Shown in pieces: positions 26,294 through 34,971 of a stretch of 34,971 nucleotides of DNA; within the stretch, counting starts at the first letter, position 1; each line of letters begins with the position of its first letter. The notes beneath the pieces were generated by a model. That model had not been told where the DNA came from and ran no database searches. It was given only the letters and a program-made list of their open reading frames with translations. Location: positions 1 to 34,971 of the forward strand of contig JAKAUF010000154.1 in NCBI GenBank assembly GCA_021827785.1, in the 5' to 3' direction. Source of the stretch: Acidobacteriota bacterium (GTDB lineage Bacteria; Acidobacteriota; Terriglobia; Terriglobales; SCQP01). A program made the position numbers and the translations under genes.

Positions 26294-27049
26294 TCATGCC
26301 CGCCTCCCGCCGCCGACCGCGGCGCGGCCCGCCGCTGCCAGCCCCTCCAAGCCCGCTTCCGATTGGGCCCATTCCCGCGCCTCGGGTGGCAAATGCTCCG
26401 CCAGCCGCGCGCCGATCTTCTCCGCGGTGGCCGCGCGGAGACCGGCGGGCATGCCGCCGCGCCGATGCAGAAACGTCTCGATGAGCTGCAAATCTTCGGG
26501 CGTCAGCCCGATCGCGGCAGCGATCGCCGCCGGCGGCGCCGCAGGCAGCGAAGGCGGCAACGCCGTTTCCCCTTCGTGCACCACCAGCGTGCCGGCGGCC
26601 AGGTCGCCCAGCCGCTGCGCCCGGCGGTTCAGCAACATGCACACCGCGCCGACCGCGTACACGCCCGGCAGTGCATCCACCAGGCGGAGCAGATTCCGAA
26701 TCAAAACCTGTCCCACCGTGGCGGGTCGCCCATCCACCGACATCACCCGCAACCGCGCCGCCCGCTTGCCCGGCGTTTGGCCCCGCCAGGCGATCTCAAA
26801 GATGCTGAAATAGCCCCAGTACAGCAGGAACATCGCCAGCAGCAGCCCCGCCGTGACCCAAGTTTCCAAAACCCTCCCGCGGAGTTCCCTCGCCACCGCC
26901 AAGCCAGCAATCAGAACCACGAACCCGATCAGTCCACCGACGATGCTGTCCAAGAGAATGGCGGTGAAGCGGCTGCCCAGGTTGGCGACGGGAAACTCCA
27001 GCTCCACCTGCTCGGGCGTGGGGACGGAAAATGCGTCGGGAGCGGACAT
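26294..27049 (-). CDS. RDD-family membrane protein
   Basis: TPEQVELEFPVANLGSRFTAILLD, GQTPGKR, RNLLRLVD, QRLGDLAAGTLVV. ATG at 27049. Confidence 0.9.
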   Translation of the reverse strand: MSAPDAFSVPTPEQVELEFPVANLGSRFTAILLDSIVGGLIGFVVLIAGLAVARELRGRVLETWVTAGLLLAMFLLYWGYFSIFEIAWRGQTPGKRAARLRVMSVDGRPATVGQVLIRNLLRLVDALPGVYAVGAVCMLLNRRAQRLGDLAAGTLVVHEGETALPPSLPAAPPAAIAAAIGLTPEDLQLIETFLHRRGGMPAGLRAATAEKIGARLAEHLPPEAREWAQSEAGLEGLAAAGRAAVGGGRRA

Positions 27050-27102
27050 AGTGGACACCGCGGCGCCGCACAAGTCCGGCGGCCTGTGACATAGTATCCG
27101 GC

Positions 27103-28131
27103 ATGCCCCCTGCGCCGCCACTCCCGCCGGCCGCCAGCGCGGTCCCCGCCCCATCGCGGATTTCTCACGCCTGGCTGGCGCGCCGTCAACCCGCCTGGCA
27201 GCGCTTGCGAGAACTGGCCGACGCCTTGCAACATGGTGGTCCCCGCGCCCTTGCCGCCGACGAATTGCGTGAAATTGGGCGCCTCTACCAGCAAGCCGCG
27301 GTGGACTTGGCGGCGCTGCGCCCGGTCCGCGGCGCGGACACCTACGCCTTCGCGCTCAATGCCCTTTTGGCCCGCACCCACGGCTTGATCTACGCGGCTC
27401 CGCGCCGCCGCGGCCGCGAGCCGTGGCGCTTCTACCGTAACGTCTACCCTGAGGTATTCCGCTCCTGCCGCGGAGCCATCCTCCTGGCTGCCGCCATCCT
27501 CTTGCTAGGGGCGCTGGCCGGCGCGCTGTTGACGCACCAGCAGCCAGCCTTCTTCGCTTCGTTGGCGCCGCCGGCAGTGCGCGCCGCCATTCGCCATCAC
27601 CGGATGTGGACCACCCCGGTATTGGCCATCTCGCCCTCCGCCTCCAGCGGCATCATGACCAATAATTTAACGGTCGCCTTCGCCGCCTTTGCGTTGGGCA
27701 TCACCGGCGGCCTAGGAACGCTGTACCTGCTGTTCTTCAACGGGTTGCTGGTGGGCGCCATCGCCGCCGCCTGCGCCACCGCCGGCATGGGCCTGCCTCT
27801 ATGGAGCTTTGTCGCCCCGCATGGCGTGCTGGAAATTCCCGCCATTTGCATTGCGGGCGGGGCCGGCCTCCGGCTGGCGCAGGGGCTTCTCTTCCCCGGC
27901 GCAGCACGCCGCAGAGCAGCGCTGGTGCGGGCCGCGGCGGAAGCCCTCCGCCTGTTATTGGGCGTCCTCCCGCTGTTGGTCGTCGCCGGGCTGGTGGAGG
28001 GATTCATCTCCGCGCGTCCTTGGCCCGTGGCTGGCAAGTTTGCCTTGGCCGCGGCGCTGGCCACGCTGATGATCGCTTGGCTGGCCGGCCTGGCGCGCCG
28101 CGCGCCGAGGGTGGCAGACCTCGGCGCGTAA
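27103..28131 (+). CDS. SpoIIM/DUF95-family membrane protein
   Basis: LYQQAAVDLA, IMTNN, FNGLLVG, FVAPHGVLEIPAI, AGLVEGFIS. Confidence 0.9.
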   Translation: MPPAPPLPPAASAVPAPSRISHAWLARRQPAWQRLRELADALQHGGPRALAADELREIGRLYQQAAVDLAALRPVRGADTYAFALNALLARTHGLIYAAPRRRGREPWRFYRNVYPEVFRSCRGAILLAAAILLLGALAGALLTHQQPAFFASLAPPAVRAAIRHHRMWTTPVLAISPSASSGIMTNNLTVAFAAFALGITGGLGTLYLLFFNGLLVGAIAAACATAGMGLPLWSFVAPHGVLEIPAICIAGGAGLRLAQGLLFPGAARRRAALVRAAAEALRLLLGVLPLLVVAGLVEGFISARPWPVAGKFALAAALATLMIAWLAGLARRAPRVADLGA

Positions 28132-28175
28132 TCGCCGCGCGGAATCCGGCCGCTGACTCGCCGCCTGCCGCGCGA

Positions 28176-29600
28176 TTACAGCCGCCCGGAAAGCTTGATC
28201 TCCAAATACTGCCGCACCAAGGTTGCCGCCATCGTTTCCCGCCCCAGTTCGATGGCGCGCGCCCCATGCGCCCGTAATCGCGCCAAGGTCTCCTGCCGGC
28301 GCACCGCCAGCTCCAGCGCGGCGGCGGCGAGGTACATTTCTCGGGGGCTGGCCGGGATCGCCGTAGCTGCCGCGGCCAGCGCTGCGACGCGCGGCACGGC
28401 CAACAACAAACAATGGCGGCGGCTAATCTGCGCCCCGGCCTCCACCACCTCCGGCATTAACCCGCTCTCCGCCAGTTCCGTCAGCCAAATCACCATCGCT
28501 CGGCGTGGCTGCGCCGCCAGCAACGCCGCCGCCGCCCGGTAGTGATCGGCTTCGCCGCGCTCCGCCTCCAACCCCGCCAGCGCTTCCAGAACCGCGCGCG
28601 CCTGCCCCGCCCCGCCGGCGGGCGGGAGCCGGCATTGGATGCCCGCACCGTAAGCCAGCAGCCCCACCTTGTCGCTCGCCGCTAACGCCGCGCTAGCAAG
28701 GGTCAGCGCCGCCGTCGCCGCCCGCCCCAAGCGCCGCGGTTCCCCGCCCCGTTCCCGGGCGCGCATCAGCCGTCCGCAATCCAGCACCAGCCACACCGGT
28801 TCGCCGCGTTCCGCTTGCCGCACCTTGACCATGGTCCGGCCGGTTCGCGCCGTCGCCGGCCAAAAGATATCGCGTGGCTCGTCCCCTTCCCGAAATGCGC
28901 GCAGGCTTTCGAATTCGCGTCCCCTGCCTTTCTGCCGCGCGTTCCGCAGCAACGCCGCCAGCCGCGGATGCGTCAGGCTGAGCGCCGCCGCATCGCGCCG
29001 CGCCGCCTCCAGATCCGGGTACACCCGCACGCTCTGCGCCAGCGGCGCCCGCGCACGGCGCTCCGCCAAACCCCAAGCGCTTTGATAGCGCAGGTACGGT
29101 TGGCCGCATCGCGCGCCGCCCAGATCTTGCGGCTGAAACTCCGCTTCCACGGCCAACTGGCTGCCCGCCGCCAGCCACCGTCCCTGCACCACCCCCGCTG
29201 CCGCTCCGCTTGTCAGACCCGGCGGCAGTTCGTCCGACAGCCACACGGTGACGCCGCGGGACGCCCGGTTGCGGATGCGCCAGCCCAGCCGTGCGCCACC
29301 CAAATGCGCCGGTCCCAACCAATTCCGTTCCACCGTCAGCCCAGCGGGAACGGGCAACCGCCGGAGGTCGAGAACCCATGCCGCCAGTACCGCCGCCTCC
29401 CACGCTGGCGCCAGGACGATCCAGCGCGGTTCAGCCAAGGCCGCAAGCCACCACACCAGTCCCGCGGCCAGCAGCCACAACATACGGCGCCCACAGGCCC
29501 AGCCCCACGGTGCTGCGTATGCCTCCGCCGCCACCGCTGCCGGCGCCAGCGGGGCCACCGCCGCCACCGGGCCGCCGCTGGTCGCCGCCGCCGTGCTCAC
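28176..29600 (-). CDS. DUF58 / vWA-like protein (MoxR partner)
   Basis: VRVYPD, GREFESLRAFREGDEPRDIFWPATAR, VLDCGRLM, DKVGLLAY, YLEIK. GTG 29600 overlaps the moxR stop. Confidence 0.88.
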   Translation of the reverse strand: MSTAAATSGGPVAAVAPLAPAAVAAEAYAAPWGWACGRRMLWLLAAGLVWWLAALAEPRWIVLAPAWEAAVLAAWVLDLRRLPVPAGLTVERNWLGPAHLGGARLGWRIRNRASRGVTVWLSDELPPGLTSGAAAGVVQGRWLAAGSQLAVEAEFQPQDLGGARCGQPYLRYQSAWGLAERRARAPLAQSVRVYPDLEAARRDAAALSLTHPRLAALLRNARQKGRGREFESLRAFREGDEPRDIFWPATARTGRTMVKVRQAERGEPVWLVLDCGRLMRARERGGEPRRLGRAATAALTLASAALAASDKVGLLAYGAGIQCRLPPAGGAGQARAVLEALAGLEAERGEADHYRAAAALLAAQPRRAMVIWLTELAESGLMPEVVEAGAQISRRHCLLLAVPRVAALAAAATAIPASPREMYLAAAALELAVRRQETLARLRAHGARAIELGRETMAATLVRQYLEIKLSGRL

Positions 29601-30565
29601 CGCGGCACCGGCACCGCGTCCAGGACCGCCGCGAGAATGCTGTCCGCCGTCTGGCCTTCCATTTCCGCCTCCGCCCGCGGCCGTAGCCGATGGCGTAGCA
29701 CCGGCGGCGCCGCCGCTTTGATGTCGTCCGGGAGCACATAGGTCCGCCCATCGGCTGCCGCCAGCGCCCGGCTCACTTGCAACATCGCCGCGCCGGCGCG
29801 CGGGCTGGCGCCCAGGGTCAATGCCGGCCATTCCCGCGTCTGGCGGATCACCGCCGTCGCATACGACACCACCGTCGGCTCGACACGGATACCCGCCAGC
29901 GCCGCTTGCGCCGCTGCCAGCGCCGTCGCCGGCAGCGGCTCTAGCGACACCTCGCCCAGCGCCAGCGGCTTCCGGCTCAAGATGGCCGCTTCCGCCTCCG
30001 CATCCGGATAGGGCACCGTCAGCTTCATCAGAAAGCGGTCCAATTGGGCCTCCGGCAGCGGGTAGGTGCCTTCGAACTCCAGCGGGTTTTGGGTCGCAAA
30101 CACGGTGAAATGCGGCGGCAGCGGGCGGCTCTCTCGGTTCAGCGTCACCTGCCGCTCCTCCATAGCTTCCAACAGCGCCGCTTGCGTGCGCGGCGGCATC
30201 CGATTGACTTCATCCACAAGCAAGATGCTGGCGAATACCGGCCCCGGGCGAAAGCTGAACCGCCCCTCCGGCGTCAGCACGTCCCCGCCGGTGATATCGC
30301 CCGGCAACAGATCCGGCGTCCCTTGCACCCGCTGATAGGGCAGATCCACGATGCGCGCGAATAGGCGTACGGCGAGCGTTTTGGCCACGCCCGGAGGCCC
30401 CTCCAGCAGCATGTGGCCGCCGCAGAGCAGGCCCAAGCAGCAAAACTCCAGCACGGCGTCTTGCCCGATCACGACGCCCGCGGCTTGCCGCCGCAAGTGC
30501 GCGAGCGCCGCCGCCACCGGCGCCAGCGCGGGAGAAGAAGCCGTGGAAGGATTTTCGAGCGTCAT
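29597..30565 (-). CDS. moxR: MoxR-family AAA+ ATPase
   Basis: HMLLEGPPGVAKT, TPDLLPGDITG, LVDEVNRMPPRTQAALLEAMEE, ATQNPLEFEGTYPLPEAQLDRF, GASPRA. ATG 30565 overlaps the upstream stop. Confidence 0.95.
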   Translation of the reverse strand: MTLENPSTASSPALAPVAAALAHLRRQAAGVVIGQDAVLEFCCLGLLCGGHMLLEGPPGVAKTLAVRLFARIVDLPYQRVQGTPDLLPGDITGGDVLTPEGRFSFRPGPVFASILLVDEVNRMPPRTQAALLEAMEERQVTLNRESRPLPPHFTVFATQNPLEFEGTYPLPEAQLDRFLMKLTVPYPDAEAEAAILSRKPLALGEVSLEPLPATALAAAQAALAGIRVEPTVVSYATAVIRQTREWPALTLGASPRAGAAMLQVSRALAAADGRTYVLPDDIKAAAPPVLRHRLRPRAEAEMEGQTADSILAAVLDAVPVPR

Positions 30566-31653
30566 CGTCGTCTCTGCTCCTGTGGCGCCACGCCCGCCAA
30601 CTGCCGGGCCCACCACCTGTACTCCTCCAATGCAGCCGCCTCCGTTGCTGGGCCGCCGCCGGGCGGGCTGGGCGGCGGGTCTAGGCCCGGCGCCTTGCGC
30701 AGCGCGGCGTGACGCACGATCTCCACCGCCATGATCCCCGCCGACGCCCGTTCGTACAAGTTGCCGACCGCCGCGGTAAACTCCAGCGGCGAATCCCGCG
30801 CCGCGTCGGGCGCGACCACCTCTGGGCCCCACCGGCGCCCATGGCTAGCCAGCGCCGCCAGCAGCAACAGCCCCAGCGGCAGCGCCAACCACGGCAGGCG
30901 CCCGGTTCCCAGGAATCCTGCCCAGCTTTGCCGCACGCCGTGGAAGTATTCATCCCACAGCACGCGTCGCGGCGCCGGCCCCACCGCGGCCAGCAGCAAT
31001 GCCAAGTTTCCGGCGCGCCGCAACCCGTCATTGGTCAAGGGCGTGGCCGAAGCCCACAGCACCAGGCGTCCCTTGCCTACCGGCGCCGCTACCACCACCG
31101 CACGGCGGGCGTCGCCGTACAACGTCACCCCATGGCGACCGGAGCGCGGCCAAGTCCATTGCGGCCGCAACCAGATTGGACCGGCCGCCGCCGCCGCGCC
31201 CGGCGCTAACGGCCGGTACTTTCCGACGCCGCCGCCGCGTGCCATCTTACCCCCGTAGTCCGGCGTCAGGCGAGCTCCCGCCCAACCCGTCGCCAACACC
31301 GTGCCTCCCGCGGCCATGAATTGCCGCAGCGCCGCCCAATCGCGCCGGCCCGCCGCGGTTTCCGCCGCGGGCGCCAACAGCGGATCGGCCAGCACCAGCA
31401 CGGCACCCCCGCCATTGGGCAAAACCGTCAGTGGCAGCCGCCAGCGCTGCACGCGGTAGCCGGACCGCCGCAGCAAGCGTACCGCCGCCAAGGCTCCCGT
31501 AGGCAGGGGCGAATAACTCGACGGAAATGGCTGCGGGACCGCCACGGACGGCATCCACAACCAAGCTGCGCCCAAAACCAGCACCGTGCCCACAGCCGCA
31601 GCGGTTAGCCAACGCCGGTCCTGCGCCGCCATGTCCGCGCCGCTCGCGCTCAC
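30562..31653 (-). CDS. DUF4350-domain membrane-anchored protein
   Basis: N-terminal TM, SSYSPLPTG, GKGRLVL, LTNDGL...GNLALL, WDEYFHG, second TM, LEFTAAVGNLY. Start GTG 31653 or ATG 31632. Confidence 0.8.
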   Translation of the reverse strand: MSASGADMAAQDRRWLTAAAVGTVLVLGAAWLWMPSVAVPQPFPSSYSPLPTGALAAVRLLRRSGYRVQRWRLPLTVLPNGGGAVLVLADPLLAPAAETAAGRRDWAALRQFMAAGGTVLATGWAGARLTPDYGGKMARGGGVGKYRPLAPGAAAAAGPIWLRPQWTWPRSGRHGVTLYGDARRAVVVAAPVGKGRLVLWASATPLTNDGLRRAGNLALLLAAVGPAPRRVLWDEYFHGVRQSWAGFLGTGRLPWLALPLGLLLLAALASHGRRWGPEVVAPDAARDSPLEFTAAVGNLYERASAGIMAVEIVRHAALRKAPGLDPPPSPPGGGPATEAAALEEYRWWARQLAGVAPQEQRRR

Positions 31654-32723
31654 CGGCAGCCCATCCCTTCCAGGGCGTCGAACATCGCCGCCGCGGCCGC
31701 CGCCGCTGGCATTGCCGCCGCATAGCGCCACGCTTCAAAATCGCGGGTCAGCTCCCGCCAATGGAAACACGCCGGATGACCCGCCGGCAGGCTCTGCAAA
31801 TATTCCCGCGGCGTCCGCGCCGCGGCCAGTTGCCACCATCCCGCTTCCGCGCCATACGCCAGACCCGCTTGATACGCGCACAGCGCCGCCGCCGCGCCAG
31901 CCCCAGCCCCTGCCTCCCGCCGCGCCCGCGCCAGCAACGCCGCCGCATCACTACGTTCTTGCTCGTACACGGCCGCCGCAACCTCCTGCCGCCGCCATCG
32001 GCGCCACGCCCACCGCCCCAGCCACAGAAGGCCCGCCGCCACGGCCAGGACGATCAGGGCGATCACCACCCAACTGCCGGCATCCGTGCCGGCCGCACGA
32101 CCGAACGCCTGATGCAGCACCGCTCCCAGCCATCGGGCGATGCGCCGCCACAGTTCCGCCGCTGCCGACTGCTCCTGCGCCGCGCGGAACTCCCGCGCCG
32201 ACAGAATCGCCTGCAACGTCCGCCGCCGCGCCGCTAGCACCGCCAGCGGCAACGCCGCCCCCGCCAAAATCTCCCTCCGGCGTAGTGCCGCGGACAACCG
32301 ACGCCGGCCCGCCGCCAGCGGCGTTTTTCCCAGGGCAATGCGCCCCAGCCCCTTCCGCAGCCAGCGCGTGGAGATCGGAAGTATTGCTCCGTCGCGGCCC
32401 GCCGGGCCCACCGCCACTGGCCAGGTTCGCGGCAAACGCCGCGCCAGTTGCGCCGCCTCCTGCGCCGAGCCCAGCCCCGCCACGGCCCGCCCCCACATCT
32501 GCAACCTGGCGCGGTACGCGGCCACGGAGAGAGGCCTCGCCGCCGCCCGCTCCAGGGCCTGCGCCGGCCCGCGATCGGGGTTCCTAACACCGCCGCCGGC
32601 CGCCGCGCGCGGCGCACTCCCGCCACGGTAGGGCGCCGCTACGCCCAGGCTCGCCAGCATCGCCGCGGCGCACGCGATCGCCGCCCCGCGAGCAACTCGC
32701 CTATGCCTGCGCGTTCGCGGCAT
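31650..32723 (-). CDS. DUF4129-domain membrane protein
   Basis: Signal-like N-terminus, ILSAREF, TM, RTPREY, LTRDFEAWRYA. Start uncertain (32723 or 32660). Confidence 0.75.
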   Translation of the reverse strand: MPRTRRHRRVARGAAIACAAAMLASLGVAAPYRGGSAPRAAAGGGVRNPDRGPAQALERAAARPLSVAAYRARLQMWGRAVAGLGSAQEAAQLARRLPRTWPVAVGPAGRDGAILPISTRWLRKGLGRIALGKTPLAAGRRRLSAALRRREILAGAALPLAVLAARRRTLQAILSAREFRAAQEQSAAAELWRRIARWLGAVLHQAFGRAAGTDAGSWVVIALIVLAVAAGLLWLGRWAWRRWRRQEVAAAVYEQERSDAAALLARARREAGAGAGAAAALCAYQAGLAYGAEAGWWQLAAARTPREYLQSLPAGHPACFHWRELTRDFEAWRYAAAMPAAAAAAAMFDALEGMGCR

Positions 32724-33603
32724 CGCGCCGCAACAAGACCTCGATGTCAAACGCCTCCTTGCGAACTTTGAAATCGTAGAACAACAGGGAAAGGCAGATG
32801 GCCAGGATGGGCATGACCAGCACATTGGCCAAGAACCCCATTGCTAAGCCCCACACCTGCCACACCCCGGTCGCCGGATGGCGCAACCCACCAATGATGA
32901 GCGCGGGCACGGCGAACAGGCCCTCCATGCCCAACTCCAGAGCAAACGTCAGCAAATACACCAGGAACACCCGCCCTACGTACCCTTTCGCCAAAGCCGC
33001 ACTGCGACGCAGCGCGGCGAAGACGCCCAAATCTTCCAGCACCACCGCCGGCACCGCCACGGCGAGCCGCAGCCATATCCACACCGCCGCGACAATTGCC
33101 GCGATTGCCACCGCGACTACCAACAACCCCCAGATGACCCCCACGACCCTACCAGCAATCGCCACCGCGGGCAGCAGCACCGCGAGCACAAACACGGCCA
33201 GCATGGGCAGCATCGCGACGACAATCTCGGCGAGCATCGTCAGCGCCACGCGTGCGACCCGTCCCTTAAGTCCGCGAAAAGAGCGCCCGATGCCGGTGGC
33301 TTCGCCCAACTGCAGATGGCCGACGGCCCAAACCGTCGCCCCCATGGAATAGGCCACCGCCAGGAAGACCACGCACTCGAGAACGGCAAGCGACACCAAG
33401 ATCCGCGGCCACTCGGCCAACAAGGCCGCGGGTGTCGTTCCCGGCTTCGTCAGGCCCAGCGTGGCCTCCAGCACCTGGAGCGCGGTCACCGCGACAAATG
33501 GAATTGCGGCAATGCCAACGAACAAGCCAAAGTGCTTTCGGTACAACTGGATCGCCCGGTCCAGTAATTCGGAAAGCGATAACGGACGCAATGACTCCGG
33601 CAT
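32701..33603 (-). CDS. Integral membrane protein of the MoxR cluster (GDPD membrane-domain-like)
   Basis: LRPLSLSELLDRAIQLYRKHF, PAVVLE...ALRRS, LLFYDFKVRKEAFD; about 6 TMs; GAGGTG RBS. Confidence 0.8.
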   Translation of the reverse strand: MPESLRPLSLSELLDRAIQLYRKHFGLFVGIAAIPFVAVTALQVLEATLGLTKPGTTPAALLAEWPRILVSLAVLECVVFLAVAYSMGATVWAVGHLQLGEATGIGRSFRGLKGRVARVALTMLAEIVVAMLPMLAVFVLAVLLPAVAIAGRVVGVIWGLLVVAVAIAAIVAAVWIWLRLAVAVPAVVLEDLGVFAALRRSAALAKGYVGRVFLVYLLTFALELGMEGLFAVPALIIGGLRHPATGVWQVWGLAMGFLANVLVMPILAICLSLLFYDFKVRKEAFDIEVLLRRDAANAQA

Positions 33604-33751
33604 CTCTCACACCTCGGCGTCGAAACTGCCAGCCATGCTACCACGCCGCTCGGAACCTTTGTCCCGCCCGCCGCGGCTCGTCGTCCGTCCTGTAGCCCGG
33701 GGATTTCGCCACCCGCTTTTCCCACCCCGCCCCGCCGCGTACCATGGCGGG

Positions 33752-34971
33752 ATGAGGAGATTGGCTCTCGCCGCCGTGGCCGCGGCCCTGGCCGCCGCCG
33801 CGTTATGGCCTCGCACCGCACCTGCCGCCGCGGCCAGGCCGCCCCGGGCCTCCGTCCCGGCGCACGCCCGGCGCCAGCGGAAACCGCTGCGCTGGTGGCA
33901 GCACGCGGTGATTTATGAGGTCTATCCGCGCAGCTTCAAGGACTCCGACGGCAACGGCATCGGCGACCTCAACGGCATTCGCAGCAAGCTGGGCTATTTG
34001 CATTGGCTCGGCGTCAACGCCATTTGGCTGACCCCGATCTATCCCTCCGGCGGCGTGGATGGCGGCTACGACATCATCCACTACAAACAAATCGCGCCGG
34101 TCTACGGCACCATGGCTGACTTCCACCGCCTGGTCGCCGCCGCCCGTCGCGACCATATCCATGTCTTCATGGATATGGTCTTGGCTCATACCTCGAATCA
34201 AAACCCCTGGTTTGCTGCCTCGCGCCGCTCCCGCACCGGACCCTACGCGAATTACTATATCTGGCGCGATGGCCATGACGGCGGTCCGCCGAACAACTGG
34301 ACTTCGCTCTTCGGCGGCTCCGCCTGGCAATATGACCCGCTGCGCCGCCAGTATTACTACCACTACTATTACCGCCAGCAGCCCGATCTGAATTGGCGCA
34401 ATCCGGCCGTTCGCCGCGCCATGTTCGCCCGCGCCCGCTTCTGGATGCGCCAGGGCGTTGCCGGTTTTCGCTTGGATTCGGTCGGCACCCTGCTGGTGGA
34501 CCCGCGCTTTCCCAACAACCCGCCGGGCGCCATGCGCACCGGCGATTTCCCCCTGCCGCAGCAGCATCACAAATACAACTACAACCAGCCCGGCGTGCAC
34601 CGCATTCTGCAAGCCCTGCGGCGCGTGGTCGCCCCCTACCACGGCCTGCTGATCGGCGAAACCGTGGGAAAAACCGCCGCCCAGATCTCGCGCTTCTACG
34701 GCACGCCGCGTCATCCTGAAATCCAACTGCCCTTCAATTTCCTTTTCGCCGACGTCAACCGCCTCTCCGCCCCCGCTTTCCGCCGCCAGATCGCCGCTTG
34801 GACCCACAACCCCGCCCACGGCACGCCAGTGTGGTTCTTCGACAACCATGACCAGCCGCGCGAGGTGCAGCGCTACGGCCATGGCCGCGATAACGCCTCG
34901 CCGGAAAACGCCAAAATCGCGCGCCTGCTGCCTACCCTGCTCTTCACCCTGCGCGGCGCCGTGATCCTCCA
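33752..34971 (+). CDS. GH13 alpha-glucosidase/alpha-amylase-family hydrolase with signal peptide; runs off the window end
   Basis: Not in the ORF track because there is no stop in the window. Translated by hand: MRRLALAAVAAALAAAALW...WWQHAVIYEVYPRSFKDSDGNGIGDLNGI...GFRLDSV...LIGE...FFDNHDQPR. Confidence 0.92.
   Translation, partial: MRRLALAAVAAALAAAALWPRTAPAAAARPPRASVPAHARRQRKPLRWWQHAVIYEVYPRSFKDSDGNGIGDLNGIRSKLGYLHWLGVNAIWLTPIYPSGGVDGGYDIIHYKQIAPVYGTMADFHRLVAAARRDHIHVFMDMVLAHTSNQNPWFAASRRSRTGPYANYYIWRDGHDGGPPNNWTSLFGGSAWQYDPLRRQYYYHYYYRQQPDLNWRNPAVRRAMFARARFWMRQGVAGFRLDSVGTLLVDPRFPNNPPGAMRTGDFPLPQQHHKYNYNQPGVHRILQALRRVVAPYHGLLIGETVGKTAAQISRFYGTPRHPEIQLPFNFLFADVNRLSAPAFRRQIAAWTHNPAHGTPVWFFDNHDQPREVQRYGHGRDNASPENAKIARLLPTLLFTLRGAVIL

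Noticed and set aside
27103-28131. Sporulation role for the SpoIIM-like gene
   Set aside because: The family is widespread in non-sporulating bacteria, and the context is the MoxR cluster in a genome with diderm-type genes.
33692-33725. GTAG-initiated GC segment as a further REP copy
   Set aside because: The palindrome is weak and does not match the 23154-23197 units.
1-34971. CRISPR array, tRNA/rRNA, prophage, integrase or anti-phage defence genes
   Set aside because: No regularly spaced repeats, cloverleaf patterns or diagnostic protein motifs were seen by eye; a short or divergent RNA could have been missed.

Overview
A very GC-rich bacterial chromosomal segment, densely coding, with about 35 genes. 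The gene content suggests Acidobacteriota/Terriglobia (inference only). I see no CRISPR array, rRNA, tRNA or intact mobile element. In order, the window holds: a MacAB-type efflux operon (two permeases, adaptor, ATPase); iscS-type cysteine desulfurase; aroK; a PAS-LuxR regulator; a LOG-family gene divergent from a bifunctional rel; GT2; a REC-HD-GYP protein; pyruvoyl arginine decarboxylase; a SAM-I riboswitch controlling a ThrC-like enzyme and a MoaD/ThiS sulfur carrier ending in GG-Ala; nagB; an M20 dipeptidase; a PIG-L deacetylase with a GT4; trmJ; MgtC/DUF4010; mlaE/mlaF; a 7-gene MoxR-DUF58-DUF4350-DUF4129-SpoIIM-RDD cluster; and the 5' part of a secreted GH13. Best leads: (1) the SAM-regulated ThrC-like/sulfur-carrier unit, a likely protein-thiocarboxylate route to homocysteine/methionine; (2) the uncharacterised MoxR envelope cluster; (3) many apparent leaderless promoters; (4) an MlaF with Glu-to-Ser in Walker B and no mlaD. 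All calls come from reading motifs by eye; no searches were run.
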